DNA of 64,000 nucleotides from Bacillales bacterium UBA4951. Its GTDB lineage: Bacteria > Bacillota_I > Bacilli_A > RFN20 > CAG-826. Within the stretch, counting starts at the first letter, position 1. Every line of letters begins with the position of its first letter. Below the pieces are notes generated by a model, which searched no databases, had not been told where the DNA came from, and saw only the letters and a list, made by a program, of their open reading frames with translations. Positions 48,950-58,954 of this stretch are shown here, in pieces. The DNA lies in the NCBI GenBank assembly GCA_002397465.1, contig DHAP01000034.1, positions 1,506-65,505 of the forward strand, in the 5' to 3' direction. A program made the translations under genes and the position numbers.

Positions 48950-49486
48950 ATGAATATTTGGCATGCGGTCAATAAAGACCGCGTCACTCCTGACGAATTT
49001 GTCGCCTGCATCGAAATCAGCGCTGGAAGCAAAAACAAGTACGAGCTCGATAAGCAGACCGGGGCTTTGATCCTTGATAGGATTCTTTTCACCGCCACGC
49101 ACTACCCACAGAATTATGGTTTTATCCCACATACTTTGTCCGAGGATGGCGATCCTTTGGACGTTTTGGTCATCTGCTCGGAGCCTATCGTTCCTCTGGC
49201 CCTCACGACTTGCTACCCAATCGGCGTGTTGGAGATGGAAGATACCGGAAGCAAAGACGAGAAGATAATCGCCATATGCGCGCACGACCCATTGTATAAT
49301 GGTTACCGTGATATCTGCCAATTGCCGCCTCATGTCAGCGAGGAAATCCAACATTTCTTCACCGTCTACAAGGAACTAGAACATGGTAAGCACACCGTCG
49401 TTAAGGACATTCGCGGCCGTGATGCCGCGAAGGAGATCATCTTAAGAGACATTGAAGCTTATGAGCGTGCCTTCCCTCAAAAATAG
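48950..49486 (+). CDS. ppa: Inorganic pyrophosphatase (family I)
   Basis: Motifs EISAGSKNKYELDK, DGDPLDVLV and EDTGSKDEKIIA. ATG at 48950 has the RBS GAAAGG 8 nt upstream, so the TTG at 48944 is rejected. Confidence 0.9.
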   Translation: MNIWHAVNKDRVTPDEFVACIEISAGSKNKYELDKQTGALILDRILFTATHYPQNYGFIPHTLSEDGDPLDVLVICSEPIVPLALTTCYPIGVLEMEDTGSKDEKIIAICAHDPLYNGYRDICQLPPHVSEEIQHFFTVYKELEHGKHTVVKDIRGRDAAKEIILRDIEAYERAFPQK

Positions 49487-51272
49487 AAAACCTGTCGTTT
49501 ACGTCTTCTTTTCATTGTTTGTTTTCTTCGGGGCCTTCTTCCTCGCCATGAGCTGTGTCCCTGGCAGCGCCTCTTCTAATCAAAGCAACTGGGTCGCCAA
49601 CCTTTTGGCCTCTTTCGTCAACGTCTTTGAAGACACTTCGCCAGCCACTAAAGTAGAGCCAAGTGCCTTATTGACGAAGGATGATTCCTCAACCAAAAGC
49701 TTTGACTCTTCTTTCTTGAATCTTGATAACCCCAGCCTTTCCAGCCCCAAGATGGCGGTCGGAAGCACGACGAGGCTGACTTTTTCCGTTGATAAGCCAG
49801 AACTTAATAAAGGCGAGTATGTCGACCCCTCCTTCACCGTCACAAGGGAAGATGGAAGCGATGAGTCCTTATACACCATCAACATCGATCCGACCACGTA
49901 TACGGTCAGACTGGTCTCTAGATGTGATGTCGAAGAAGACAAAGCCTGCAAAGTCTTGATCCAGGCCGGAGATGAAGCGAAGAGCGAAAACCAGTACGAA
50001 TACTCTTTCGACATCGTCAAACGCCAAACGCCATATCGTTATGAGGTTACGGCCAAAGACGACAACATCACGCTTTCGGTCAATGAGACATATACCTTGG
50101 ACACCGAGCTTTTGTCCGATGGGCATGATGAAAGCTATCTTGAGCGTTATTACGACAAGACTCTTTTGGAGCACTCTCCTATCAGCGGTGGCATCAGCGT
50201 CGACGAATATGGGGTCATTCACGCCTACCAAACCGGGACTTATGTCGCTAGTTATGGCGGAACATCCTTTAACGTCACCGTTAATGGAAGCGTGAATAAG
50301 CCAAGCGGCAGCCTTTCACTGAGCCATGACGATGGGACGCTTCACATCGAGGATTACGACCATGATGGGACCGGGGTCAACCTTCAAGCCGTTTGGAGCG
50401 ATGAGGTTCCTGATTCTTCGATTCGCTGGGAAAGCAGCAATGAGATGATAGCCAGAGTCATCGTCGACACGGATGATTCATCAAAATGCACCGTAAAGGG
50501 TTATAGAGAAGCAGGGGAAGTGACCATCAGCGCCATATCCAACGCCGACAATTCCATCAAAGCCAGCTACACATTGTCTTCCTCTGAAAGCGTGCCTGAC
50601 GAGAATAGCTTCAATCTTGTCTACTCAGGCAAAGAGTTGCCTTCTTCCATGATTTCCCATTCGGCAAAAATTGTGGTGGTTACTCTTGATATACCAGATG
50701 GCGTCTTTGTTTCCGATAAAAGACTCATCGCCACCAGCGATAACGAGAACGCGGTTGAGATCGATGGGAACGGAACCCAATACATCGCCTTGTCATTCCA
50801 CCAGGTAGGTGACGCCAACATCACGATCCAAAGCGTCGGCAATCAATCTTTGAAAAAGACCATCTCCGTCAACATCCAGGCTGAGCTCAACCAGGACCCG
50901 GACGACCCTGAATATCAAATGTCCGTCAGAAAAATCGTCGGACATCTTGGATGGTTCACCTTAGGCGGGGCTTTTGGGACGTTGTTCTTCTATTTCTTCG
51001 TCGAAGGTTTCATGAAAAAGGAGTTCTCCTTACTTTTCAGCTCCCTCAGCGGCTTGCTCGTCGCCGGACTCAGCGAGATGATTCAGATGTTCATCCCAGG
51101 ACGCGGGGCCACCTTCACGGACATCGGCATCGACTTCGGTGGATATATGATCGGTCTCATTTTGTCTTATCTTGGGATTCTCCTGGTTCTGCACATCAAA
51201 AAGAAAAAGAAGGGGAATGCCCCTTCTAGTGATCAAAAGATAGACGCTACCGAAGAAAATCAAAGCAAATAG
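49461..51272 (+). CDS. Membrane protein with extracellular Ig-like (Big_2-type) region and C-terminal VanZ-like domain
   Basis: N-terminal TM anchor. The segment SIRWESSNEMIARV...GEVTISA is Big_2-like. The C-terminal GHLGWFTLGGAF...SEMIQMFIPGRGATFTDIGIDFGGY is VanZ-like. Confidence 0.6.
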   Translation: MSVPSLKNRKPVVYVFFSLFVFFGAFFLAMSCVPGSASSNQSNWVANLLASFVNVFEDTSPATKVEPSALLTKDDSSTKSFDSSFLNLDNPSLSSPKMAVGSTTRLTFSVDKPELNKGEYVDPSFTVTREDGSDESLYTINIDPTTYTVRLVSRCDVEEDKACKVLIQAGDEAKSENQYEYSFDIVKRQTPYRYEVTAKDDNITLSVNETYTLDTELLSDGHDESYLERYYDKTLLEHSPISGGISVDEYGVIHAYQTGTYVASYGGTSFNVTVNGSVNKPSGSLSLSHDDGTLHIEDYDHDGTGVNLQAVWSDEVPDSSIRWESSNEMIARVIVDTDDSSKCTVKGYREAGEVTISAISNADNSIKASYTLSSSESVPDENSFNLVYSGKELPSSMISHSAKIVVVTLDIPDGVFVSDKRLIATSDNENAVEIDGNGTQYIALSFHQVGDANITIQSVGNQSLKKTISVNIQAELNQDPDDPEYQMSVRKIVGHLGWFTLGGAFGTLFFYFFVEGFMKKEFSLLFSSLSGLLVAGLSEMIQMFIPGRGATFTDIGIDFGGYMIGLILSYLGILLVLHIKKKKKGNAPSSDQKIDATEENQSK

Positions 51273-52123
51273 AAATCTGGATGCTCGTTTGCATACTGCT
51301 TTTGGAGTTCAATGTCCTTAAGCTTCATTTCGGCGATTTCGCTGAAAGGCCCATAGTTGGTTTCTTTGTACCGGCAGACAGCCCAGTAATACCAAAGATA
51401 ATTTGAATAGGCCACTGAGATGGCGACTCTGTTTCGTTTTTTCTTATCGAAGGCGGAGCCATAGTAGCAAGAGAGGAAATAATCAACTTTAGCTGGATCA
51501 AAAATCTCATTTTCTCCGATGACGCTTGCCAAATCGAATTCAGGGACATTGAGTCCGGCGAATTCGAAGTCTATGAGGGTTATCTTGTTTGTGACCGGTT
51601 CGATGATGACATTGTCTTTCACGAGGTCGTTATGGCAAAGCACCAAAGGGTCAGACGAATAGAAAGAGTAAAAGAGCTCGCACATCTTCTCCTCGTTCGG
51701 GTCTTTGAGATCATTTCCCGAGCGCTGCTTGTAGGAGTCAAAACGCTGCTTCGGGTAGAATTCGGAAACACAGCCTTTTATCGAGTGAAGGCGCTTGAGA
51801 ACGCTGGCGAGGCTTTTTAGTTCCTCCTCCTTCACGTCAGGGCTAAGAAAGCGGTGGTCGCCTTCGATGAATCTGTCAATCATGTTGCCGGTTGAATAAT
51901 CGAAATAAAAGAGCCTTGGCCCTATCCGGTTAGGGGCGATCAGCTTAAGGATGTTGCCTTCGTTGGCAGTGCTATAAAAAGGCGTGTCAGACATTTTCTT
52001 CAAACGAAAAACCTTGTCCCCGTTAATGAGATAAGAGGCATTGTTGAAACCTTCGGTCAGCTGTCTGACGCTCCGAGGGATCTCATTTGTTATTTTTTGA
52101 AAAAGCTGTTCGACTACTGCCAT
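51260..52123 (-). CDS. Choline/ethanolamine kinase-type phosphotransferase (APH superfamily)
   Basis: Brenner motif LCHNDLVKDNVI and Mg-binding LIDFEFAG. Confidence 0.7.
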   Translation of the reverse strand: MAVVEQLFQKITNEIPRSVRQLTEGFNNASYLINGDKVFRLKKMSDTPFYSTANEGNILKLIAPNRIGPRLFYFDYSTGNMIDRFIEGDHRFLSPDVKEEELKSLASVLKRLHSIKGCVSEFYPKQRFDSYKQRSGNDLKDPNEEKMCELFYSFYSSDPLVLCHNDLVKDNVIIEPVTNKITLIDFEFAGLNVPEFDLASVIGENEIFDPAKVDYFLSCYYGSAFDKKKRNRVAISVAYSNYLWYYWAVCRYKETNYGPFSEIAEMKLKDIELQKQYANEHPDFYLL

Positions 52124-52182
52124 CGGAAACCACCTTTGGTCTCATTGTATTGTCGATGATGGGAAAAGGCAAGAAATGAACT

Positions 52183-53604
52183 TTAAAATTCGTATTTTTT
52201 AGCGGAATTAACTAAGTTTTTGGTAGATTGTCGGATGCTGCTAATTCTGATGGTGGTGAACTTTTTGACGATTGCCTGCCCACTGACTGAGCCTTTTCTC
52301 ACATCTTTCCGCTCAGCCATCATGACTTCGCCATCGTCTTTTTTGGAGTTGATGAGAGCCACCTCGCAAGCGGCCAATATCTCATCCTTGGTCGGGGATT
52401 CTTTTTTGATCATCACGTGGGAGCCGGTGTCGCCCATCACATGGAACCAAAGATGGTCTTTGGTCGTGTCAAAAAGAAAGCTGAGGCAGTCATTTTGCTT
52501 AGATGAGGTCCCAAATAGTATTTTCGTCCCATGGTAGTCGATGAAATAGGGGATGGAATCCCTCGAGATGCCTTTCCATGTTTCTTTGCGTTTCTTCTCT
52601 TTTTCCTTTTGAGGGGCGATGCTTAGCTCTTTGGCCATGCTTTCTAGGCCTGATTCATCAGCTTCCTTTAAGGCTGAAAGGCTCAAAGCAACCTCGTCTA
52701 TTTCCTTCTTCGCCGCCAAAAGGTTCTTTTCTCCCAGACGGACGCTTTCTTTGGCTTTTTTAGAACGTTTGTAGAAAAGCTGGGCGTTGATCGAAAGGGA
52801 TTTCGATGGATCCAAAGCGATGGATTTGCCATCCATTTCAATCGACTCATAACGGTTTTTCAAAGAATCCGCCATCTCAGTGAAGATGTAATCGCCGACG
52901 AGATTGTCATTGATGTGAGAAAGCCCTTTGTCTATGTCGTCTTGGATTTTCACTATCTTCCTGTTCAAAAGTTTCTCACGGAGGCTTAACGACGAGAAAA
53001 GGAACCCAAAGCGGTCCTTTTTGCGCCTGTCGGCCAATTCTTTTTCCTTTGTCAGACATGAAAGTCGATATTCTTCGCTGTCAAAGGGCTCAGCCTTTTT
53101 GATAACGAAAGGCTTTTTCTCAGGCGTCATGTACTTAACGCCGCGGAGCAGTGGCCTTTTCTCCTCAAGGCCGCTTTGACGGTAAGACGCCAAAACCTTT
53201 CCATCCTCATCAAGCAAAATCAAATTGCAGTGGTGTGGGAGCATTTCGAAGATGAGGGTTCTTCCCTCCTCTTTATAAACCGAATTGATGATCGTGAAAG
53301 AAAAGGAGACGATGCGGTCCTCGTTCAAGAGATTGACATCGACCAAATAGGCGTTTGAGAAGTCTTTTTTGAGCTGGTCGATGAACTTGCTGTCCAAGCC
53401 AGAGACGTCAAAAGAATCCTCAGAAAGATAAAAACGGGGATCATTATCGTCTAAGACGATGGCAAAACGATGGAACGGCAAACCAGAAACGCGGAAGAAT
53501 ATCGATTTTTCTGAATATAGGAATGGATGCGAGAAGTGTTTGCCAATCAAGCGGCTCTTCTGCTCTTTGAGATAATCGTTAAGTTCTTGGCAGGAAAGTG
53601 ACAT
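52183..53604 (-). CDS. rqcH: RqcH / FbpA (NFACT) family ribosome-quality-control protein, short form
   Basis: NFACT-N-like N-terminus, a central coiled coil, and the NFACT-R motif DHLWFHVMGDTGSHVMIK. Confidence 0.7.
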   Translation of the reverse strand: MSLSCQELNDYLKEQKSRLIGKHFSHPFLYSEKSIFFRVSGLPFHRFAIVLDDNDPRFYLSEDSFDVSGLDSKFIDQLKKDFSNAYLVDVNLLNEDRIVSFSFTIINSVYKEEGRTLIFEMLPHHCNLILLDEDGKVLASYRQSGLEEKRPLLRGVKYMTPEKKPFVIKKAEPFDSEEYRLSCLTKEKELADRRKKDRFGFLFSSLSLREKLLNRKIVKIQDDIDKGLSHINDNLVGDYIFTEMADSLKNRYESIEMDGKSIALDPSKSLSINAQLFYKRSKKAKESVRLGEKNLLAAKKEIDEVALSLSALKEADESGLESMAKELSIAPQKEKEKKRKETWKGISRDSIPYFIDYHGTKILFGTSSKQNDCLSFLFDTTKDHLWFHVMGDTGSHVMIKKESPTKDEILAACEVALINSKKDDGEVMMAERKDVRKGSVSGQAIVKKFTTIRISSIRQSTKNLVNSAKKYEF

Positions 53605-53635
53605 GCTAGAATTATAGCATCTAGTTGCGTAAATA

Positions 53636-53664
53636 TTGACCTAGTAGCAATAACTAGGTAGTAT
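53636..53664 (+). promoter_or_regulatory. Putative degV promoter
   Basis: TTGACC, a 17-nt spacer containing the inverted repeat cctagt/actagg, then TAGTAT. It lies 30 nt upstream of the ATG, which has the RBS AGAGGA. Confidence 0.5.
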
Positions 53665-53694
53665 ATTTTTGTTAACTAGAAGAGGAACTTCTAA

Positions 53695-54564
53695 ATGAAA
53701 ATTGCCATCAGCGCCGAAAGCACCATCGACCTCGACTCCGCCCACCTTGAGAAATACGACATCCACACGTTGCCGTTCCATGTCCAAAAAGGTGACGAAG
53801 AAGGCTTTGATTTTAACTTTAAAAACGAAGATCTTTTCGCCTATACCCTGAAAACAGGCGTTCTCTGTCATACATCTGCCTGCAATATCGGAGAGTTGGA
53901 GGAACATTTCGCCAAACTCTTCAAAATGGGATACGACAGAATCATCCATTTCACCATTTCCTCTGGCTTATCTAGCGGCTACAACAACGCGATGGCGGTC
54001 AAAGGCGACAATCCGGCGATTGAGGTCATCGACAGCCATGGAACCTCGGGCGGCATTGCCCTTCAGGCCATCTATGCCTCAGAACTCCGCGACGCCGGCT
54101 ATGATTTCGATGAGATCATCAAAAAAGTCTATGAGAGACGCCCATATGTCCAATGCTCATTCCAGTTAGACCGTCTCGACTTCCTCTATAAGGGCGGACG
54201 TTGCAGCAAGCTCGCCATGATCGGAGCGAACATATTGCACTTGAAACCCGAGATCGTCTGCGACAAAGAAGGCAAGTTCAGCGTCGGAAAGAAATTCCGC
54301 GGAAGCACCGAAAAATGCATGTTGGACTATGTCAATGACATGGTCACCATTTACCCTAACTTGGACAAGAAATTGGTCTTCTTCGATTATTCGACCATGG
54401 ACCCCTCAATCGTGAAGAAGTGTGAGGAGAGGGCCAAGGAGGCTGGTTTCCGCGAAATCCAAACCTATCAAGCCTGCCCAACCAACTCTTATCATGCCGG
54501 TCCAAACGTCATCGGAATCCATTTCTATTTCGATGGTGAACACCCTGTCAACAAAAAAGACTGA
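53695..54564 (+). CDS. DegV family fatty-acid-binding protein
   Basis: Family-typical N-terminus MKIAISAESTIDL, with SSGLSSGYNNA and DRLDFLYKGGR motifs. Confidence 0.85.
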   Translation: MKIAISAESTIDLDSAHLEKYDIHTLPFHVQKGDEEGFDFNFKNEDLFAYTLKTGVLCHTSACNIGELEEHFAKLFKMGYDRIIHFTISSGLSSGYNNAMAVKGDNPAIEVIDSHGTSGGIALQAIYASELRDAGYDFDEIIKKVYERRPYVQCSFQLDRLDFLYKGGRCSKLAMIGANILHLKPEIVCDKEGKFSVGKKFRGSTEKCMLDYVNDMVTIYPNLDKKLVFFDYSTMDPSIVKKCEERAKEAGFREIQTYQACPTNSYHAGPNVIGIHFYFDGEHPVNKKD

Positions 54565-54672
54565 TTCATTTTGTCAGTTTTCAGATATCGAAACCCTAAT
54601 AATTGATTAGGATACTAAATTTTGAGTTGGTATCTAAAAAATATTTTTTGGCATCTTTAAAAAGCAAACACT

Positions 54673-54700
54673 TTGATATTCAGAAAAAAAGAAGTATCAT
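54673..54700 (+). promoter_or_regulatory. Putative promoter of the ROK-like gene
   Basis: TTGATA, a 16-nt spacer, then TATCAT. It lies 21 nt upstream of the ATG. Confidence 0.4.
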
Positions 54701-54721
54701 CATGATTGGGGACAGGATTAT

Positions 54722-55723
54722 ATGAATACATCACCTAGCGAAAAAAGAATAATGCAAGCCTTGTTGATCGACGGGGCGCTCTCAAGAAAAAAACTTGCCG
54801 AAAAACTTGATCTTACAGGAGCCGCCTTGACGTTCGGTTCCCAAAATTTGCTGAAGTATGGATATATAAAAGAAAACGGTTCTCTTGTCAGGAAAAAAGC
54901 CGGGAGACGCGAAACCGACATAGCCATCAATGGCGATGGTGCTTCACTATTAGGAATCTCCTGTTTAGATAGCGGTTTCCATTTATCTTTCACCGATTTG
55001 AGGGGCGATTGCTTCATTAGCAAAACGTTCGCTTCTATCTCTGAGGCGGCCACCTATGCGAAAAACGCCGTCAAAGGAGTTCCGACCCCGTTAGGCCTTT
55101 GCGTTTGCCTACCAAGCTATGACGGTTATGAATCATTAAAGAAAAAAGACCCGGAATTCGTCAAAGAAATCGAATCTTTGGAACTAAAAACATATTACGT
55201 CGATGACGTAGAGGCACTTGCCTACGTAAACGAGCTATACCATCCGGAAGAAAAGAACTTCCTTCTCATCAACTCATCTAAACAGATTTCTTCCAGCGCC
55301 TTCGTGGCCTCTCATATCGTCAAAGGACATGATGGCGAGAAAAGCGACATCGGAAACTGGCTCGTGAGACATGGGACCATGCTCCGTGACGAACTGTCTT
55401 TTGAGAATCTATTAGGACGTGATTATGATGACGTGAATGAAGGATTCGAGGCCTTGGCCAAAGACGAAAAGGCCCTCTCTCGCTACCTTATCGCCATTGC
55501 GATGTGCATCGTCAACGCGAATTATCTATTGAGCCTCGACACGGTTGTCTTAAGCGGATATTTGTATGTGTCACATGCCGAGGTCGTCGATTCTCTAAGA
55601 AACATCGTCAAGACCATAGACCCATCTTTTAAAACTGAGCGAATCGTTCCATTTGATGATTTCGCGGAAGTCGATGACAAGAAGGCCAGCCTTCAGGTCT
55701 TTGCCTACGAGTTTTTAGGATAA
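54722..55723 (+). CDS. ROK-family-like regulator (N-terminal winged HTH, degenerate sugar-kinase fold)
   Basis: wHTH segment RIMQALLIDGALSRKKLAEKLDLTGAALTFGSQNLLKYGYI. The ROK-like core is recognisable (LLGISCLDSGFHLSF, DDVEALAY). The Cys-rich zinc motif is absent. Confidence 0.55.
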   Translation: MNTSPSEKRIMQALLIDGALSRKKLAEKLDLTGAALTFGSQNLLKYGYIKENGSLVRKKAGRRETDIAINGDGASLLGISCLDSGFHLSFTDLRGDCFISKTFASISEAATYAKNAVKGVPTPLGLCVCLPSYDGYESLKKKDPEFVKEIESLELKTYYVDDVEALAYVNELYHPEEKNFLLINSSKQISSSAFVASHIVKGHDGEKSDIGNWLVRHGTMLRDELSFENLLGRDYDDVNEGFEALAKDEKALSRYLIAIAMCIVNANYLLSLDTVVLSGYLYVSHAEVVDSLRNIVKTIDPSFKTERIVPFDDFAEVDDKKASLQVFAYEFLG

Positions 55724-56081
55724 ATTTAGCTTTTGTGGAAAATAAATAGGCGGAGTGAATCGTTTTCCGCTGCCGCCTAATGACCGCCGTACATTGTTTT
55801 CGTTTATTAAAAGAACGAAATCGGAATCTTGACCGATCCGCTCAAAAACGCCGTTTCTCCCGGTTAGTCCGCCTTGAACCAGGGCACAGGCTTTCTCTGT
55901 TTCTTCTTTTCGCCTATAAAGAGGATATGGGACGAGACGTAGTCATATAGAGACAAGTGACAAAAATATCATTGCCATGAATGGGCTCAGCGCATAAGGC
56001 GTCAAAACTGCCGATAGTGTAAGATAGTGTAATAATAAAGCGCTTTCTTAACCTTTTTGACGGTTTTAGGCTGGGCGCGCA

Positions 56082-56109
56082 TGGACAGCCAATAAGAAAC
56101 GGGTATACT
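56082..56109 (+). promoter_or_regulatory. Putative gmk promoter
   Basis: TGGACA, a 16-nt spacer, then TATACT. It implies a very short, SD-less leader before the ATG at 56127. Confidence 0.4.
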
Positions 56110-56126
56110 TAAAAATACAAATTTTT

Positions 56127-56711
56127 ATGAAAAAAGGTCTCCTCATTATTCTTAGTGGCCCTTCCGGAGTCGGAAAAGGAACCGTCAGGATGAAAGTCAT
56201 GGACGACCCGAGTCTCAATCTTTGGTACTCGGTGTCTTTGACGACGAGAGAGAAGCGCCCTGGCGAGGTCAACGGCCGCGAATATCATTTCGTGAGCGAT
56301 GAGGAATTCAACCGCCAACTCAAGGAGGGGAACCTTCTCGAACATGCTGGATTCGTTGGCCATCAATATGGGACTCCGAAAGACAAAGAAGAAGAAAAGA
56401 GAGCCTCCGGCGTCAACGTGTTTTTGGAGATCGACGTTCAAGGCGCCACCCAGATATTGTCCAAATGCCCCGATGCCATATCGATTTTCTTGCTCCCTCC
56501 ATCTTTTCCGGAACTTGAAAAACGCATCAGAGGCCGCTGCACCGAGGAAGAGAGCGTGATTGAGGCCAGACTCAAAAGAGCCGCCGAGGAAATCAAGCTT
56601 TCCACCCATTACAAATATATCGTCATCAACGATTCTGTCGAAAAGGCCGCCGCCCAGATTAAGTCGATCGTGAGAAAAGAGAGCGCCGAATTGGCCGAAG
56701 AGGCTTTATAA
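56127..56711 (+). CDS. gmk: Guanylate kinase
   Basis: P-loop LSGPSGVGKGTV, plus TTREKRPGEVNGREYHFV. Confidence 0.95.
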   Translation: MKKGLLIILSGPSGVGKGTVRMKVMDDPSLNLWYSVSLTTREKRPGEVNGREYHFVSDEEFNRQLKEGNLLEHAGFVGHQYGTPKDKEEEKRASGVNVFLEIDVQGATQILSKCPDAISIFLLPPSFPELEKRIRGRCTEEESVIEARLKRAAEEIKLSTHYKYIVINDSVEKAAAQIKSIVRKESAELAEEAL

Positions 56712-56718
56712 TAAATTC

Positions 56719-58920
56719 GTGAAGATACTTGATGTGCTGGTCCAATATTCAGCCCGAGCCTTGGATCGGACTTTTTCTTATATCTATAGGGGTAATAAAC
56801 GCGTAGAGCCGCGTTTTAGGGTCCGCATCGATTTCAATGGCCACCCAGTCATGGGTTTCATCCTCAAGATATACGAGAGCGAAAAAACTCCGGCCGAGCT
56901 TGAAAAAGAGAACGGCTACGCCTTCAAGGAGATACTTGAGGGCGACATTATCGACGAAGAGCCTCTTCTCACCGATTCTTTGATGGAATTGGCTGAGAAA
57001 GTTTCCTCTTACTATTACTCGCCCCTCATCGGCGTCCTTCAGACGATGCTTCCGCCTTCTTTGTCGCCTCGTTTATCCTCTCTTCATGGCGTTAAGATCG
57101 CCTATGAGAACTGGGTTGAGATCCTTGACCCCTCGGAAGATGGTTTGACGGATAAGCAAATCGAGATATTGCGCCTGGTATCCAAGAATTCGCCAATCCT
57201 CAAGAAAGAGGCCGGATCTCCTTCGATCATCGACAAACTTGTTGAAAAAAACAAAGTCAAGATCGTCAAAAAAGAGAAACAGCGGTATCACATTCCGGAA
57301 TCAGAAAAAGAAATACCCCATGAGATGAGCCTTGAGCAAAGGAAAGCCTACGAGAAGATCCTCGAAGAAAAGCGGGGGGTCGTTCTTCTTCAAGGCGTGA
57401 CCGGAAGCGGCAAGACCGAGGTCTACCTCCGCCTTAGCGAGAAGGTCCTTTCGGAAGGAAAGAACGTTTTGATGCTGGTTCCCGAAATCAACCTGACCCC
57501 AGCCATGGTCGAATATTTCTCCAGAAGATTCGGCAAGAGCGTCGCCATCCTCCATAGCCAATTGACCCCCGGGGAGAGATATGACGAATATCGTCGGATC
57601 GCCCGTGGGGAGGCCAGAATCGTAGTGGGGGCCCGCAGCGCGGTTTTCGCCCCGTTATCAGAGATCGGCCTCATCGTCCTTGACGAAGAGCATGTCGATT
57701 CATACAAACAGGATAACGCCCCGTTCTATCACGCAAGGGAAGTTGCCATCATGAGAGGCGAGATGGAACACGCCAAAGTGGTCCTCGGCTCAGCGACCCC
57801 TTCCTTAGAAAGCAAGGCCCGGGCCATGCGCGGGGTTTATGGCTATGCCGAACTCCCTCATAGAATCAATGAAAAAGCCCTCCCAAAAACCACGATAGTC
57901 GACCTTACCGACAGGAACAATTTCTCCAAGAAGAGCCAAAAGCTCTCCAAACCTTTATTGGAGAAAATCGAAGAAAAACTCGAGGTCAAAGAACAGACCA
58001 TTCTTCTAATTAATAGACGCGGATATTGGACGAACGTCATGTGCCCCAACTGCGGGCACATCTTCACGTGCCCTTCTTGCGGTGGGAACCTCACGTATCA
58101 CTTTGATGACGAAATGCTCAAATGCCATCATTGCGGCTACGTCGAGACATTCCCGAAAAGCTGCCCGGAATGCGGATCGACACGCCTTATGAGGACCGGA
58201 TATGGGACCGAACGGGTCGTGAAAGAACTGAATGACTTATTTCCATCAGCCAGGGTCGCGAGGCTCGACAGCGACGTCTCCAAAATCTCCAAGAACCTTG
58301 AGACGACCCTTCACGACTTCCACGAGGGCAAATATGACATCCTCGTCGGGACCCAGATGATCGCCAAGGGACACGACTTCCCGCTGGTCACTCTTTCCGG
58401 GGTCGTCTTGGCTGATATCGGGTTGGCCTTGCCGACCTATCGGGCCGCTGAGCGGACATTCGAATTAATCGCCCAAGCCGTCGGGAGAAGCGGCCGTTCC
58501 ACCAAGACGGGGGAAGCCATCATCCAGACATATAATCCCACCCATTACGCGATCGTCTACGGGGCGAGGCAGGACTATGAGAGCTTCTTCAAAAAAGAGA
58601 TGCAGGAGCGGAAGATATCCCAATATCCGCCTTACGTCTATCTCATCCTCTTGGAATTTTCATCAGCGAATGAGGAAAAATGCCTTAGCGCGGCCTATTC
58701 TTTCAAAAAAGACTTGGAGTCCCAGGGCTTCGAAGGCGTAGACTTAGTAGGTCCGTTGTTGCCGTATTATTCGATGGTGGGTGGCAAATACAAGAGAATC
58801 ATTCTTATCAAGCACAAGAACAAAGAACTGATTTCCGGGTATTTGAAAAACCTTCTGAGGGACTATTCGAAAACGGGTTCCGTCGACATTTCCATCAACG
58901 TTGACCCTTTGGACTATTGA
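56719..58920 (+). CDS. priA: Primosomal protein N' (replication restart helicase)
   Basis: GVTGSGKTEVY, LDEEH, and the Cys-rich zinc insertion CPNCG..CPSCG..CHHCG..CPECG. GTG start. Confidence 0.9.
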   Translation: MKILDVLVQYSARALDRTFSYIYRGNKRVEPRFRVRIDFNGHPVMGFILKIYESEKTPAELEKENGYAFKEILEGDIIDEEPLLTDSLMELAEKVSSYYYSPLIGVLQTMLPPSLSPRLSSLHGVKIAYENWVEILDPSEDGLTDKQIEILRLVSKNSPILKKEAGSPSIIDKLVEKNKVKIVKKEKQRYHIPESEKEIPHEMSLEQRKAYEKILEEKRGVVLLQGVTGSGKTEVYLRLSEKVLSEGKNVLMLVPEINLTPAMVEYFSRRFGKSVAILHSQLTPGERYDEYRRIARGEARIVVGARSAVFAPLSEIGLIVLDEEHVDSYKQDNAPFYHAREVAIMRGEMEHAKVVLGSATPSLESKARAMRGVYGYAELPHRINEKALPKTTIVDLTDRNNFSKKSQKLSKPLLEKIEEKLEVKEQTILLINRRGYWTNVMCPNCGHIFTCPSCGGNLTYHFDDEMLKCHHCGYVETFPKSCPECGSTRLMRTGYGTERVVKELNDLFPSARVARLDSDVSKISKNLETTLHDFHEGKYDILVGTQMIAKGHDFPLVTLSGVVLADIGLALPTYRAAERTFELIAQAVGRSGRSTKTGEAIIQTYNPTHYAIVYGARQDYESFFKKEMQERKISQYPPYVYLILLEFSSANEEKCLSAAYSFKKDLESQGFEGVDLVGPLLPYYSMVGGKYKRIILIKHKNKELISGYLKNLLRDYSKTGSVDISINVDPLDY

Positions 58921-58954
58921 GGATTATGTTATAATCCTGTATCGTGAGGTATCT

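Noticed and set aside
55724-56081. SRP RNA, tmRNA, RNase P RNA or a riboswitch in the gmk upstream gap
   Set aside because: By eye I found none of the diagnostic cores. These are GGAAGCAGC-type SRP domain IV, the tmRNA tRNA-like ends, the GAGGAAAGTCC motif of RNase P, and T-box or purine-riboswitch motifs. The region is kept only as an unassigned finding.
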